A stretch of 64,000 nt of DNA from an uncultured delta proteobacterium (GTDB lineage Bacteria; Myxococcota_A; Polyangia; Polyangiales; B10-G4), in contig CAVSGI010000010.1 in the NCBI GenBank assembly GCA_963727445.1, positions 544,001 to 608,000 of the forward strand, read 5' to 3'. Positions 1-12,728 of this stretch are shown one piece after another (the first letter of the stretch is position 1; each line of letters begins with the position of its first letter). Made by a program: the position numbers and the translations under genes. Under the pieces are notes generated by a model, which made no database searches, was not told the origin of the DNA, and was given only the letters and a program-made list of their open reading frames with translations.

Positions 1-2
1 TC

Positions 3-275
3 GAGGCGCTCTTCGAGGCGCAGGGCGCCGCGATCGGCCAGTGTCAGGCCGAGGTGCGGGCGGAGACGGAGCAGTTGGTCGAAGTCGAAGTCACGGTGGG
101 CGAGGACGGACGCGTGATGACGGGGCGGATCACCGACGCTGCGCCGGCCGACGGACCGGCGGTGCGTTGTGCGCTCCGGCCGCTCCTCGGTGCGAAGATC
201 GAGGGCGAGACGCCGAGCGCGCCGGTGCGTTACCGGCGCTTGATGATCCTCGAGCCCTTCGCCTCGGCGCCCTGA
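3..275 (+). CDS. Partial CDS (5' end outside window), possible AgmX/PglI C-terminal-like domain
   Basis: Frame is open from position 3 (EALFEAQGAAIGQCQ...VEVTVGEDGRV...VRCAL) to the stop at 275; the two-Cys pattern resembles the myxobacterial TonB-C-like domain. Confidence 0.45.
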   Translation, partial: EALFEAQGAAIGQCQAEVRAETEQLVEVEVTVGEDGRVMTGRITDAAPADGPAVRCALRPLLGAKIEGETPSAPVRYRRLMILEPFASAP

Positions 276-313
276 AGTTCTCGCGACCTTCCCGGCCCTG
301 GTAGACTGGATCC

Positions 314-659
314 ATGTCGGACAAGCCCCAAGATTCGTCGGAGGCACCGCCGGGTCTCGGCAACGATCCCTCTCAAGCTCGATGGCGCCAAGGAAGGGTC
401 CACGCAGGACCTCTCGGAGAGTGGGATGGGCATCGTCGTGTCCGAAAAGATCGAGCGCGGCTCGGTCATCGAGGTCCTGCTCGGAGGGGAAGGGGCGGGC
501 GGCGAGCTCACCGGCTTCAAGACGATGGCCAAGGTGATGTGGTCGGCGGAGACCGACAGCGGCGCCTACAGCGCCGGGCTCATGTTCGACGGTCCCTCCC
601 CCGAGGCCCTCGACCGACTCCGAAAGTTCCTCGCCGAGCACGAAGACGAAGAGGAGTAG
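314..659 (+). CDS. PilZ domain protein, frameshifted near the start
   Basis: The frame of ORF 426..659 extends upstream as KIRRRHRRV...TQDLSESGMG (RxxxR and DxSxxG motifs); ATG314 joins it if one C of CCCC at 326-329 is removed. Confidence 0.75.
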
Positions 660-672
660 GGGACCGGGGGCG

Positions 673-1198
673 CACTCCCGGCTCCGCGGCGCCTACGCTA
701 CGCATCCCATCGGCCGAGCTGGGCTCGACCTCCGGGCTGCTTCGCTCCGGCGCCGCTCCGCCTTCTCCTGGATGGGCGGGCACTCCCGGCTCCGCGTCGC
801 CTGCGCTGCGCAGCCCTCCGGTCGAGCGGGGCTCGACCTACGGGCTGCTTCGCTCCGTCGCCGCTCCGCCTTCTCCTGGATGGGCGGCACTCCCGGCTGC
901 GCGGCGCCTGCGCTGCGCAGCCCTTCGGTCGAGCGGGGCTCGACCTCCGGGCTGCTTCGCTCCGGCGCCGCTCCGCCTTCTCCTGGATGGCCGGCACTCC
1001 CGGCTGCGCGGCGCCTGCGCTGCGCATCCCATCGGTCGAGCGGGGCTCGACCTCCGGGCTGCTTCGCTCCGTCGCCGCCCCGCCTTCTCCTGGATGGCCG
1101 GCACTCCCGGCTGCGCGGCGCCTGCGCTGCGCAGCCCTCCGGCCGAGCTGCGCTCGACCTCTGGGATGCTCCGCTCCAGCGCCGCTCCGCCTTCTCCT
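673..1198. repeat. Tandem array of five ~107-bp palindromic REP/BIME-like units
   Basis: CACTCCCGG unit starts at 673, 781, 888, 995 and 1102; typical units contain hairpins GGCTGCGCGGCGC-CT-GCGCTGCGCAGCC and GGTCGAGC-GGG-GCTCGACC. Confidence 0.9.
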
Positions 1199-2414
1199 AA
1201 ATAACCGATCTCGATTCGGGAACAAGCGAATCTGCTGAGTCTGCGTTTCTCGGGAAGATTGGTGCTCGGGAGCTACGCGGCTTGTCGGAGTTCCGGACAT
1301 CGTCCGGGAGGCCACGGGGAAACGGCGTCGAGCCAGACGGAGACGGCGAAGCAGAGATCCACGATATCGCGGTGTTGATGGTTGCGCGTGACGTTGGCGT
1401 GGAGGTCGCACCACATTCGTTCGATCAGGTTTTCATCGGGGCAGTAGGGCGGCAGGAAGTGAAGCTGAATGCGAGGAAGTTCTCGCAGCGCTGCGATCGT
1501 CTCGCGGCTCTTGTGTATTCCGTAGTTGTCGAGGATGACGTGGATGCATCGAGCATCGCGGTAGTGTTCGTCGAGCCTGCGCATCATGGCGATGAACAAG
1601 CTGCTGTTCTTGACGCCGTCGCCGACCCACAGGACCGTCCCGTCGCGAGCGTCGAGTGTGCCGGCGATGTAGGCCTTCTCGTTTTTTCCCGGCGTGACGA
1701 GGCGTTTCTGCTCGCCGGAGAGCATCCAGTCGAGACCGACCTTGGGGTTGAGATGGATGTCCACCTCGTCCTCGTAGACTGCGACCTCGTCGTCGGGAAG
1801 TTCGTCCAGGAGCGTTCGGATCTTCTTGAGCCGCCGCCTGCGCTGGCGCTCGGACAGTGGGCACTGCACCGTGGGCTTGGGCCGCCCCCGCCGTGCTCCG
1901 ATTCGCCGCAAGATCCTGCTCATGCTGCTGAGGCTCACGCGCAGCCCCGTCTGCTCCTCGCACACGAGGATCAACACCTCGCGCGTCCACGTCGGCCGAG
2001 GGTGTCCATAGTCCCAGGGCGACTGCTGCAGAAGGCTCTGCACCGTGAGCACGTAGGAAGTCGGGATCGGCGGCGGTCCGTTGTCTCGCCGGCCGTCCAG
2101 CAATCCGTCTCGACCACCCTCCACGAAGCGCTTCAGCACCCGACTCACCGTCGACGCCGCAACTCCGACCGCCTCACGAATTGCGGCTCGCCTCTTGCCT
2201 CGCACCGCCAGTGCCACGACTTGGGCACGCCGGAACAGATCGACATCACGGGACTTTCCCGCCCACCTCAAAAGGCGCCTTGCGCGCTGCCGGGACCAGC
2301 GCGGTACATTCTCCATGTGGGTCTCCTTTCTCGTGATCTCTCGACAAGCTCACGATCGATTGGAGGCCCACGAACTTCAACCCACCACGATCCCGAATCG
2401 TGGTCGGCTATTCA
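1198..2414 (-). mobile_element. IS630-family insertion sequence
   Basis: Imperfect 24-bp terminal inverted repeats at 1198-1221 (TAAATAACCGATCTCGATTCGGGA) and 2391-2414 (reverse complement TGAATAGCCGACCACGATTCGGGA), 20/24 identical, enclosing a DDE transposase. Confidence 0.88.
1273..2316 (-). CDS. IS630-family transposase
   Basis: N-terminal HTH; motifs YEDEVDIHLNP, ILDNYGIHKS, LPPYCPDENLIERMW. Confidence 0.95.
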   Translation of the reverse strand: MENVPRWSRQRARRLLRWAGKSRDVDLFRRAQVVALAVRGKRRAAIREAVGVAASTVSRVLKRFVEGGRDGLLDGRRDNGPPPIPTSYVLTVQSLLQQSPWDYGHPRPTWTREVLILVCEEQTGLRVSLSSMSRILRRIGARRGRPKPTVQCPLSERQRRRRLKKIRTLLDELPDDEVAVYEDEVDIHLNPKVGLDWMLSGEQKRLVTPGKNEKAYIAGTLDARDGTVLWVGDGVKNSSLFIAMMRRLDEHYRDARCIHVILDNYGIHKSRETIAALRELPRIQLHFLPPYCPDENLIERMWCDLHANVTRNHQHRDIVDLCFAVSVWLDAVSPWPPGRCPELRQAA

Positions 2415-2416
2415 GA

Positions 2417-3394
2417 TCACCACAGATCGATATCGAACGCTGGTGAGGCCTTGCTCGCGGGCCGGTACCAGTGCTGGAAGGTGACCTGGTAGCCGCCGGC
2501 CTCCGTGTGCATGTGCTTGCGGAGCAGATACGTCGGCACCTCGACCGAGATCGGACGTTCGTCCGGCACGAAGGCCACGACGTCGAAGGAGTCGGGCATG
2601 AAGCGGTTGACCACCCGCGAGACCAGCGCGCGCACGTCGTCGCGGAAGTCGAAGTTCGTCTCGAAGCTCGCGTAGCTCCCGAGATCCTCCGGCGTCACGT
2701 GAATGGTCGCGTACCACTCGTCCTTGAGCGCGTTGACGCTGTAGCCGGCGGGCTCGAAGACATGCTCGTCCAGCTCGAAGCCAGGGAGCACGTCGGCCAG
2801 ACCCAGCTCGGCCGCCAGCGGCTGCGCGATGATCTTCGCCGGGTCGCTCGGCGCTTCGACGTTGCGGAAGCGCTCGGCGACCTTCGGGTCGATCCCGTGC
2901 ATCAGGATCTCGAGCGTGGTGTCGGTGGGCTCCGGCCGATGAGGACGGTCGGTGTGGAAGAGATAGACCGCGTGCTCGTGCTCGGCCCCGAATCCCACGG
3001 CGCGCCCGGGGAGCCATTCGCTCATGCGGCGCGCATCCTCGAAGAACGTCGTCGATTGCTCGTGAGGGAAGTGCTCGTTCTTTCGCTCGTAGAACCCGAC
3101 GGCGATCTCGTCTCTGGGCACGAAGGTCAGGATGTCGGCGACCGCCTCCATGATCCGCGTGCGCCCGCAGGTGATCATCGTCAGGAACGTGTCGTAGACG
3201 AAGAGGCTGGACTCGCTCAGCAGGTACGCATCGAAGTGCTCGTTGCTCTTGATGCTGAGGACGTCGGCGTCGGCAGCGCGCACCACTCGCGTCCAGCGTT
3301 CGTGACCGAAGGACCGGAGGGAGGGGAAGCCGTCGACGACGGCCAGCTCGATCTTCTTTTCCGGCCCCTCGAAAAATGCCGGGGGGTTGGACAT
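2417..3394 (-). CDS. speD: S-adenosylmethionine decarboxylase proenzyme, eukaryote-type (class 2)
   Basis: FEGPEK, YLLSESSLFV (pyruvoyl cleavage site), ITCG, GYSVN, TIHVTPE, SFETN; true start MSNPPAFF at 3394. Confidence 0.88.
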   Translation of the reverse strand: MSNPPAFFEGPEKKIELAVVDGFPSLRSFGHERWTRVVRAADADVLSIKSNEHFDAYLLSESSLFVYDTFLTMITCGRTRIMEAVADILTFVPRDEIAVGFYERKNEHFPHEQSTTFFEDARRMSEWLPGRAVGFGAEHEHAVYLFHTDRPHRPEPTDTTLEILMHGIDPKVAERFRNVEAPSDPAKIIAQPLAAELGLADVLPGFELDEHVFEPAGYSVNALKDEWYATIHVTPEDLGSYASFETNFDFRDDVRALVSRVVNRFMPDSFDVVAFVPDERPISVEVPTYLLRKHMHTEAGGYQVTFQHWYRPASKASPAFDIDLW

Positions 3395-3490
3395 GTTCGG
3401 CGCCGAGAGTAACGCATGGATCGGGGTCGCGCATGCCGGTGATCCGCGCTCGGTTGTCGGGCTCACTTTTGCTGCTACGTTCGGCCGCCC

Positions 3491-5203
3491 ATGGCGAATG
3501 AACCGGCCGAGGTGTCGGCGAAGACTCCGTTTCTGACGCAGTTCAAGTCGTTCGGTCTCGTCTACTGGATCGCCAACTGGATGGAGCTCGTCGAGCGCTT
3601 CGCCTATTACGGCGTCCGCGTCGTTCTGCCGGTCTTCATCGTGCTCGCCATCTCCCGTGGTGGGCCGGAGCTGACGCACGCGCAGAAGGGCGCGATCTAC
3701 GGCACCTGGGCCCTCGTTCAGAGCTTCTTGCCCATCTTCACCGGCGGCTTCGCCGACCGATACGGCTACAAGCTCAACATCGCCATCAGCACGGTGCTCA
3801 AGATCATCGGCTACCTGGTGATGGGCTACTGCCTGGTGATCGCGGAGGCCGTCGCCGGGATCCCCCTCGCCGACGCCCGCGCGCAGGGCACCGATCTCGT
3901 CTACGAGGTGTTCTACACGGGGGCGATGTTCCTGGCGACCGGCACCGCGATCTTCAAGCCGGGCGTGCAGGGCCTCATCGCCAACCAGATGCCGAAGGAA
4001 TCGGCTTCGCTCGGTTGGGGCCTCTTCTATCAGATGGTGAACATCGGCGGGTTCATCGGCCCGCTCATCGCCGGCTACCTCCGGGTGCTCGAGTGGGAGT
4101 ACGTCTTCATGGCGTGTGCTCTGGGCATCGCGCTCAACTTCGTGCCGCTCTTCTTCTTCACCGAGCCCGACCACCATGGTGAGGAGGACCTCGCGACACC
4201 CTTCGAGCTCATCGTGCGCGCGGTTCGCGGTCTTCTCGAGCCGCGGCTCTTCTTCTTCACGATCTCGTTCGCGGGCTTCTGGCTGATGTTCTATCAGCTC
4301 TTCGACATCCTCCCGAACTTCATCGACGACTGGGTCGACTCTCGCGGCGCCGCCAGCGCGTTGACGAGCATCCTGGGCAGTGACGCGGTGCCCACCGTCA
4401 ACGGCGGCAACCTCACGCAGGAGTGGATCATCAACGTGAACGCCCTGCTGATCAGCCTCTTCGCATTCGCGATGGGCTACCTGACGGGCAAGACCCGCGC
4501 GCTCAACGCGATCATCGTGGGCATCTCCATCAGCGCCGTCGCCATCTACGCGCTCGGGATGAGCATGAACGGATGGTGGATCCTCGGCGCCATCGTGCTC
4601 TTCAGCATCGGCGAGATGAGCGCGAGCCCGACCAAGATGCGTTACCTCGCTTCCATCGCCCCGCCCGGCAAGGAAGGCCTCTACATGGGCTACGTCAACA
4701 TGACGGTGGGCATCGGCTGGTCCATCGGCTCCCTGGTCGCGGGCGAGTGGTACCAGCACAACGGCGACAAGGTGAACCTGGCGCGGCGCTATCTGATCGA
4801 GGAGCGCGGGATGAGCGCCGACGTGGTCGACGCCGTCGACCGTGGCGAGCTCCTGGCCTTCTTCCAGCAGACGCTGGGGGTCGACGCCTGGCAGACCCGA
4901 CAGATGCTCTGGGACACCTACGAGCCCTACGGCATGTGGCAGCTCTTCACCCTCATCGGCCTCGGGTCGATGCTGGCGATCGTCGTCTACAACTTTCTGA
5001 CCCGGAAAGCCGACCGCGAGCCCGGCTTCTCGTTCAACACGAAAGGGCACGTCTGGGTACGGATCGCCGTGATCCCGATCGTGGCGGGCTTCGCCTGGGC
5101 CAGCTACGTACAGCCCTCCATTCCGGTCATCGTCATGGGCATCATGTTCGCCCTGCTCTTCCTCGCGTCGTTCGCCCCCGAAAAGGCACCCCAGAACGTG
5201 TAA
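3491..5203 (+). CDS. MFS transporter (POT/peptide transporter-like)
   Basis: ELVERFAYYG motif, GGFADRYG loop motif, many hydrophobic helices. Confidence 0.85.
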   Translation: MANEPAEVSAKTPFLTQFKSFGLVYWIANWMELVERFAYYGVRVVLPVFIVLAISRGGPELTHAQKGAIYGTWALVQSFLPIFTGGFADRYGYKLNIAISTVLKIIGYLVMGYCLVIAEAVAGIPLADARAQGTDLVYEVFYTGAMFLATGTAIFKPGVQGLIANQMPKESASLGWGLFYQMVNIGGFIGPLIAGYLRVLEWEYVFMACALGIALNFVPLFFFTEPDHHGEEDLATPFELIVRAVRGLLEPRLFFFTISFAGFWLMFYQLFDILPNFIDDWVDSRGAASALTSILGSDAVPTVNGGNLTQEWIINVNALLISLFAFAMGYLTGKTRALNAIIVGISISAVAIYALGMSMNGWWILGAIVLFSIGEMSASPTKMRYLASIAPPGKEGLYMGYVNMTVGIGWSIGSLVAGEWYQHNGDKVNLARRYLIEERGMSADVVDAVDRGELLAFFQQTLGVDAWQTRQMLWDTYEPYGMWQLFTLIGLGSMLAIVVYNFLTRKADREPGFSFNTKGHVWVRIAVIPIVAGFAWASYVQPSIPVIVMGIMFALLFLASFAPEKAPQNV

Positions 5204-5216
5204 TCTGGGGCGGTCC

Positions 5217-6863
5217 ATGCGGCTGCTCCTCGACAACGCCACCGTCATCGACGGCACCGGCGCTCCGGCACGTGCCGGGCGCGTGTTGATCGAGGACGAC
5301 ACCATCGCGGAGGTGGACGGGATCACCCTGCCGCCGGATCAGGTGCTCGACTGCGGCGGCATGGCCGTCGCGCCCGGCTTCATCGACATGCACTCCCACT
5401 CCGACTTCACCCTCGCGGTCCGGCCGCTCGTGGAGGCGAAGGTCCAGCAGGGAGTCACCACCGAGGTCGTCGGCAACTGCGGCATCGGGCTGGTCACCTC
5501 CAACGAGAACGTCGACCGGCTCTACGAGAAGCTCCTGCCGTTGGTCGCGGGCGAGCGCGGCGGAACGGTGCACGCCTCGGTGGGCGCCTACCGCGAAGCG
5601 CTCGACGCCCTGGGTGGGGTGTCGGTCAACGCCTGCTGCCTCATCCCTCAGGGCAACGTGCGCTGCGCCGCGATGGGGATGGACGAGCGCAAGCCCAAGC
5701 TCACCGAGCGCAACCGGATGCGTGAGATCGTGGCCCAGGGGATGGACGAGGGCGCCTTCGGCATGTCGACCGGGCTGGTCTATCCGCCAGGGGGCTTCGC
5801 GGACGCCGAGGAGATCGCGGAGCTCGCCGGCGTGCTCGCCAGCTACGGCGGTCTGTATGCGACGCACATGCGCGACGAGGGCGCGCGGCTGCTACAGAGC
5901 GTCGAGGAAGCGATCTGGATTGGAGAGCAGGCGGGGGTGTCGATCCAGCTCTCCCATCACAAGGCCGCGGGGCGCTTCAACTGGGGCAAGACCGAGAAGA
6001 GCCTCGCGCTCGTGGACCAGGCGAGGGCGCGCGGCGTCGACGTCCACTCCGACGTGTATCCCTACACCGCCGGCTCGACCGTGCTCGCCGCGATGTTTCT
6101 GCCCCTGTGGGTCTTCGAGGGTGACTGGGACGAGGTGCTCGGCCGACTGCGCGATCCCGACACCCGGGCGCGGATCGTGGCCGAATCGAAGCAGCGCTTC
6201 ATCGAGTTCGCGCCCCTGCCGGGGATTTGGGATCGCATCGTCCCCAAGCGTCTCTTGCTGCCGCTGGTCCTGAGGGAGCTGAGCAAGGTGGTGGTGATCA
6301 ACTCGACGCGGCATCACCACGAGCTCGAGGGCAAGAGCCTCTTCCAGGTGCAGAAGGAGCGCGGTCAGAAGCTCTGGGACATGCTCCTCGACGTCCTCGC
6401 CGAAGAGGAGACGGCGATCTCCGCCATCGCCGACGTCATGGACGAGGGCGACGTTCGCCGGGTGATGAGCCACTCGGCGACGATGTTCGGCACCGACGGG
6501 TTCAACAACACCGAGGGCAAACCGCACCCGCGAACCTACGGCACCTATCCGCGCATCTTCGAGCGCTACGTGCGCGAGCTCGGGCTCTTGAGCTTGGAGG
6601 GCGCGGTCTACAAGATGACGAAGATGGTCGCGGACAAGCTGGGCCTGACGGATCGCGGCGAGATCGCCGCCGGGAAGAAGGCGGACCTGGTGGTCTTCGA
6701 CCCGCGGCGGATCCACGATCGGGCGACCTTCGCCGAGCCGCGTCGCTCTCCCGGCGGTCTGCCGCACGTCTTCGTCAACGGGGCGTGGACGGTTCGCGAC
6801 GGACGTCACACCGGCGCGCGGGCCGGGGGCGTGCTGGACAAGCAGAAGGTGCGGCATGGATGA
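5217..6863 (+). CDS. N-acyl-D-amino-acid deacylase (D-aminoacylase) family amidohydrolase
   Basis: PGFIDMHSHSD, QGVTTEVVGNCG, THMRDE, PHPRTYGTYPR, ADLVVFDP. Confidence 0.88.
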   Translation: MRLLLDNATVIDGTGAPARAGRVLIEDDTIAEVDGITLPPDQVLDCGGMAVAPGFIDMHSHSDFTLAVRPLVEAKVQQGVTTEVVGNCGIGLVTSNENVDRLYEKLLPLVAGERGGTVHASVGAYREALDALGGVSVNACCLIPQGNVRCAAMGMDERKPKLTERNRMREIVAQGMDEGAFGMSTGLVYPPGGFADAEEIAELAGVLASYGGLYATHMRDEGARLLQSVEEAIWIGEQAGVSIQLSHHKAAGRFNWGKTEKSLALVDQARARGVDVHSDVYPYTAGSTVLAAMFLPLWVFEGDWDEVLGRLRDPDTRARIVAESKQRFIEFAPLPGIWDRIVPKRLLLPLVLRELSKVVVINSTRHHHELEGKSLFQVQKERGQKLWDMLLDVLAEEETAISAIADVMDEGDVRRVMSHSATMFGTDGFNNTEGKPHPRTYGTYPRIFERYVRELGLLSLEGAVYKMTKMVADKLGLTDRGEIAAGKKADLVVFDPRRIHDRATFAEPRRSPGGLPHVFVNGAWTVRDGRHTGARAGGVLDKQKVRHG

Positions 6864-7557
6864 GGTGAGCCGAGCGCATCTCGAGACCCACGCCATTCGC
6901 CTCGCGCCCTGGGCGGAGGTGGTGCCCGAGGCGTGCGCGGTGGTGCGTGTCGGCCGTCGTTGGGACCGTTTCGTCGACGGCTCGGCGCAGGAGCAGTGCA
7001 CCGCGGACTTCGCACGGGAAGCGGACGGCCCCGAGCTCTCGGAGCTCCTGGAGGAGGCGGCGCGCGGGCTCAGCGACGTGGGGCTCCGAGAGGTCGACTT
7101 CGACGACGAGCTCGACCGGCGCATCTATGCAGCGCCGGACCCGGGGGAGATTCGTGCGCCTCGGCCCGCCGAGTCGTTCCTCCTCGAGAGCCTCTGCCGG
7201 GCGATCCGCGTCGACCTCACCCGTCCGGTGACGGCGCATCTTCCGACGGTTCCGCTGGGCCCGCTCATCGATCGCATCGCCGAGCACCTCGGTCTCGACG
7301 ACCCGATGGACGTGACGAGCGAGATCTTCCTCGACCCGGAGGCGCTCGATCGGGTTCAGGCGACGCGCGACACCGCCACCTTTCCTCTGCAGCCCGACCT
7401 GCCCGCTGCCCTCGAGGAGCTGGGCTTCGACCCGCCCGCGGGCGAGGATGCCCCCTTCATGCTGGACCGCAACGTCGACGGTTTCGATCTGAACCTCTGC
7501 GCCTTCGTTCGCGCCGACCGCATCACCTTCTCGGTCGAGGCGTCGCCCACCGATTGA
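6856..7557 (+). CDS. Hypothetical protein
   Basis: Overlaps the upstream stop (coupled); GC3-rich codons; no recognised motif. Confidence 0.6.
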   Translation: MDEVSRAHLETHAIRLAPWAEVVPEACAVVRVGRRWDRFVDGSAQEQCTADFAREADGPELSELLEEAARGLSDVGLREVDFDDELDRRIYAAPDPGEIRAPRPAESFLLESLCRAIRVDLTRPVTAHLPTVPLGPLIDRIAEHLGLDDPMDVTSEIFLDPEALDRVQATRDTATFPLQPDLPAALEELGFDPPAGEDAPFMLDRNVDGFDLNLCAFVRADRITFSVEASPTD

Positions 7558-7563
7558 CGCCGG

Positions 7564-10862
<3,299 letters not shown>

Positions 10863-10903
10863 GGGCGACAGGATAACGTCTGGCCGGTCACCCGCCAGTC
10901 GGC

Positions 10904-11272
10904 TCAGGTCGTCTGGGGCTCGCCGGCGTACTTCTTGGCGAGCTTACGGATGACGTTGATGTCGAAGGGCTTCTCGACCGAGCCTTCGACCCCGAAGCGT
11001 TCGGCGACCTCTTCGCGGCGTACGCTGGCCGTGACCAGCACCACCGGCGGGCGGGGATCGCCGAGGACGCGGAGGAACTCCTCGCCATCGAGCGAGGGCA
11101 TCATCAGATCCACGAAGAGAAGGATGGGGCGATTCAGCTCGTACTCCCGGATGGCCTCCATCCCGTTCTTGGCGGTCACCACCTCGTGACCGTCGTGCTC
11201 GAGCGCCTTCTTCAGCATCGAGCAGAGGTCGGGATCATCGTCGATGACCAGGATCTTCTTCCGTGGGGGCAT
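10904..11272 (-). CDS. Single-domain response regulator (CheY-like)
   Basis: ILVIDDD, FVDLMMP, VTA, EKPF. Confidence 0.92.
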   Translation of the reverse strand: MPPRKKILVIDDDPDLCSMLKKALEHDGHEVVTAKNGMEAIREYELNRPILLFVDLMMPSLDGEEFLRVLGDPRPPVVLVTASVRREEVAERFGVEGSVEKPFDINVIRKLAKKYAGEPQTT

Positions 11273-11322
11273 CCGGGAGCCATCCTACCCGACACCCACC
11301 CACCTCGTCGATTGGTCAGCGC

Positions 11323-12126
11323 CTACACCACCGCGCTGGCGGCGAGCTCGAGAAGCGCCCGCGCCAGGAAAACGCGAACGCTGGGCGATTGGATGTCCAC
11401 CGCCCAGGTGACCCGGTGGGGGGTGGTCGAATCCCGGACCTGCGAGACGGCGATCAAAACGCCCACGATCGCCCCGTTCTGGTTGAAGACCGGGCCCCCG
11501 CTGTCACCCCGTGTGGCGGCGGCGCCGTAGGGGCTGCCGCCCACGTCGCTGGGCCCGCTCTCGAAGTAGAGGAGGCCTCTTCCCTGTTCTGCACGCGCGA
11601 CCGAGTTCTCGACGCCGCTGGCGCTCGTCGTGTTGCCCGGCATGTAGCGATCGCTGCCGACGCGTTTGATCAAGGGCTCGCTCACGCGGCTGGTGCGGCT
11701 GTCGCCGAAGCCGACGAAGGTCACCTCCTCACCTCGGCGCATCGCGTGGGAGGAGATGCGCGAGACCGGCGCGATGGGGCCGCCGGAGGCGAAGGAGACC
11801 AGGGCCACGTCGGTCGGATCGGGCGCGGTGCTCTGCTCGGGGTGGTACGCGGGATGGACCACGAAGCGATCGACGCGGTGCCCTTCGCCGTCCACCGTGA
11901 CCCGCATCGCTTCGGGGGTGAGGTTTTCGAGGCAGTGGGCCGCGGTGAGGGCCACGTGTGGCAGGACCAGCGTCCCGGTGCAGTACCGTCCGTCGTCGGC
12001 GCTCAGGAGCACCACCGATTCGTGACCCACGGTCGTGACGCGACAGGCCGCCTGATGGTCACCGGTCGGGGGGACCAGACAAATGAGGGCAGAGCACGCC
12101 ACCAAACTGCGGAGCTGCGCTTTCAA
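11323..12126 (-). CDS. Trypsin-like (S1) serine protease
   Basis: CTGTLV, LTAAHC, DVAL, GDSGGP; N-terminal signal-like segment. Confidence 0.9.
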   Translation of the reverse strand: MKAQLRSLVACSALICLVPPTGDHQAACRVTTVGHESVVLLSADDGRYCTGTLVLPHVALTAAHCLENLTPEAMRVTVDGEGHRVDRFVVHPAYHPEQSTAPDPTDVALVSFASGGPIAPVSRISSHAMRRGEEVTFVGFGDSRTSRVSEPLIKRVGSDRYMPGNTTSASGVENSVARAEQGRGLLYFESGPSDVGGSPYGAAATRGDSGGPVFNQNGAIVGVLIAVSQVRDSTTPHRVTWAVDIQSPSVRVFLARALLELAASAVV

Positions 12127-12195
12127 CGCACTTCAATTCTGGCGCATTTTTCCGCCGTGGCAAGGCGTCGGGGCCTCGGCGCTGTGGAAAAAGCG

Positions 12196-12615
12196 TCAGA
12201 GCGGCTCGGGCATCAGTGGCACGATGTCCGGATCCTCGATGTCGTCCATCTTGGGGAGGGCCAGATCCTCCTCCGCCGAGATGGAAGTGACCCCGAAGAG
12301 GGTCTCCCGGAGCGCGTCCTCGGTGGCGGCCGACCAGTGGTCGAACTCGACGCCCATCCGAACCACCGAGCCCACGGAGCGGTCGAGGCGCACGATGTGC
12401 CCATCGACCTCCACGGGGGGCCGCCCCTCGAGGAAGAGCAGGACGGTCACCATGTCTCCCTGGAGCGCCGCCACGTCACCCGTGAGGAGCGCTCCATTCG
12501 GAGAGAGGTTGTCCACCGCGTACATGCCGAGCTCGATCCCCTCCAGAAAGAGAATCGCGGAGCTCGGGACTTCGAGGCGCGCGTCTCGTCGCCGTTCCCG
12601 CGTCGTATCGATCAT
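12196..12615 (-). CDS. PilZ domain protein
   Basis: ERRRDARL and NLSPNGA motifs; ATG at 12615 preceded by GGGAGGGAAGG. Confidence 0.8.
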   Translation of the reverse strand: MIDTTRERRRDARLEVPSSAILFLEGIELGMYAVDNLSPNGALLTGDVAALQGDMVTVLLFLEGRPPVEVDGHIVRLDRSVGSVVRMGVEFDHWSAATEDALRETLFGVTSISAEEDLALPKMDDIEDPDIVPLMPEPL

Positions 12616-12728
12616 CACCCTTCCCTCCCGTTTGGGGGTCCCTCGAAAAAGCAAACGACAAGGAGGGGCGGATGCCCGATGTCTCCATCGTACCCAAAAC
12701 CCGTTTCCACGAAAGTGGGCCTTTGGTG

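Noticed and set aside
673..1198. CRISPR array
   Set aside because: Units are near-identical over their whole 107 bp with no unique spacers, and there are no cas genes
698..1414. ORFs across the repeat array
   Set aside because: They are translations of the palindromic repeat with no coding signature
3395..5326. 969-aa ORF as a large SpeD fusion
   Set aside because: The upstream portion is the antisense shadow of the MFS gene; homology begins at MSNPPAFFEG
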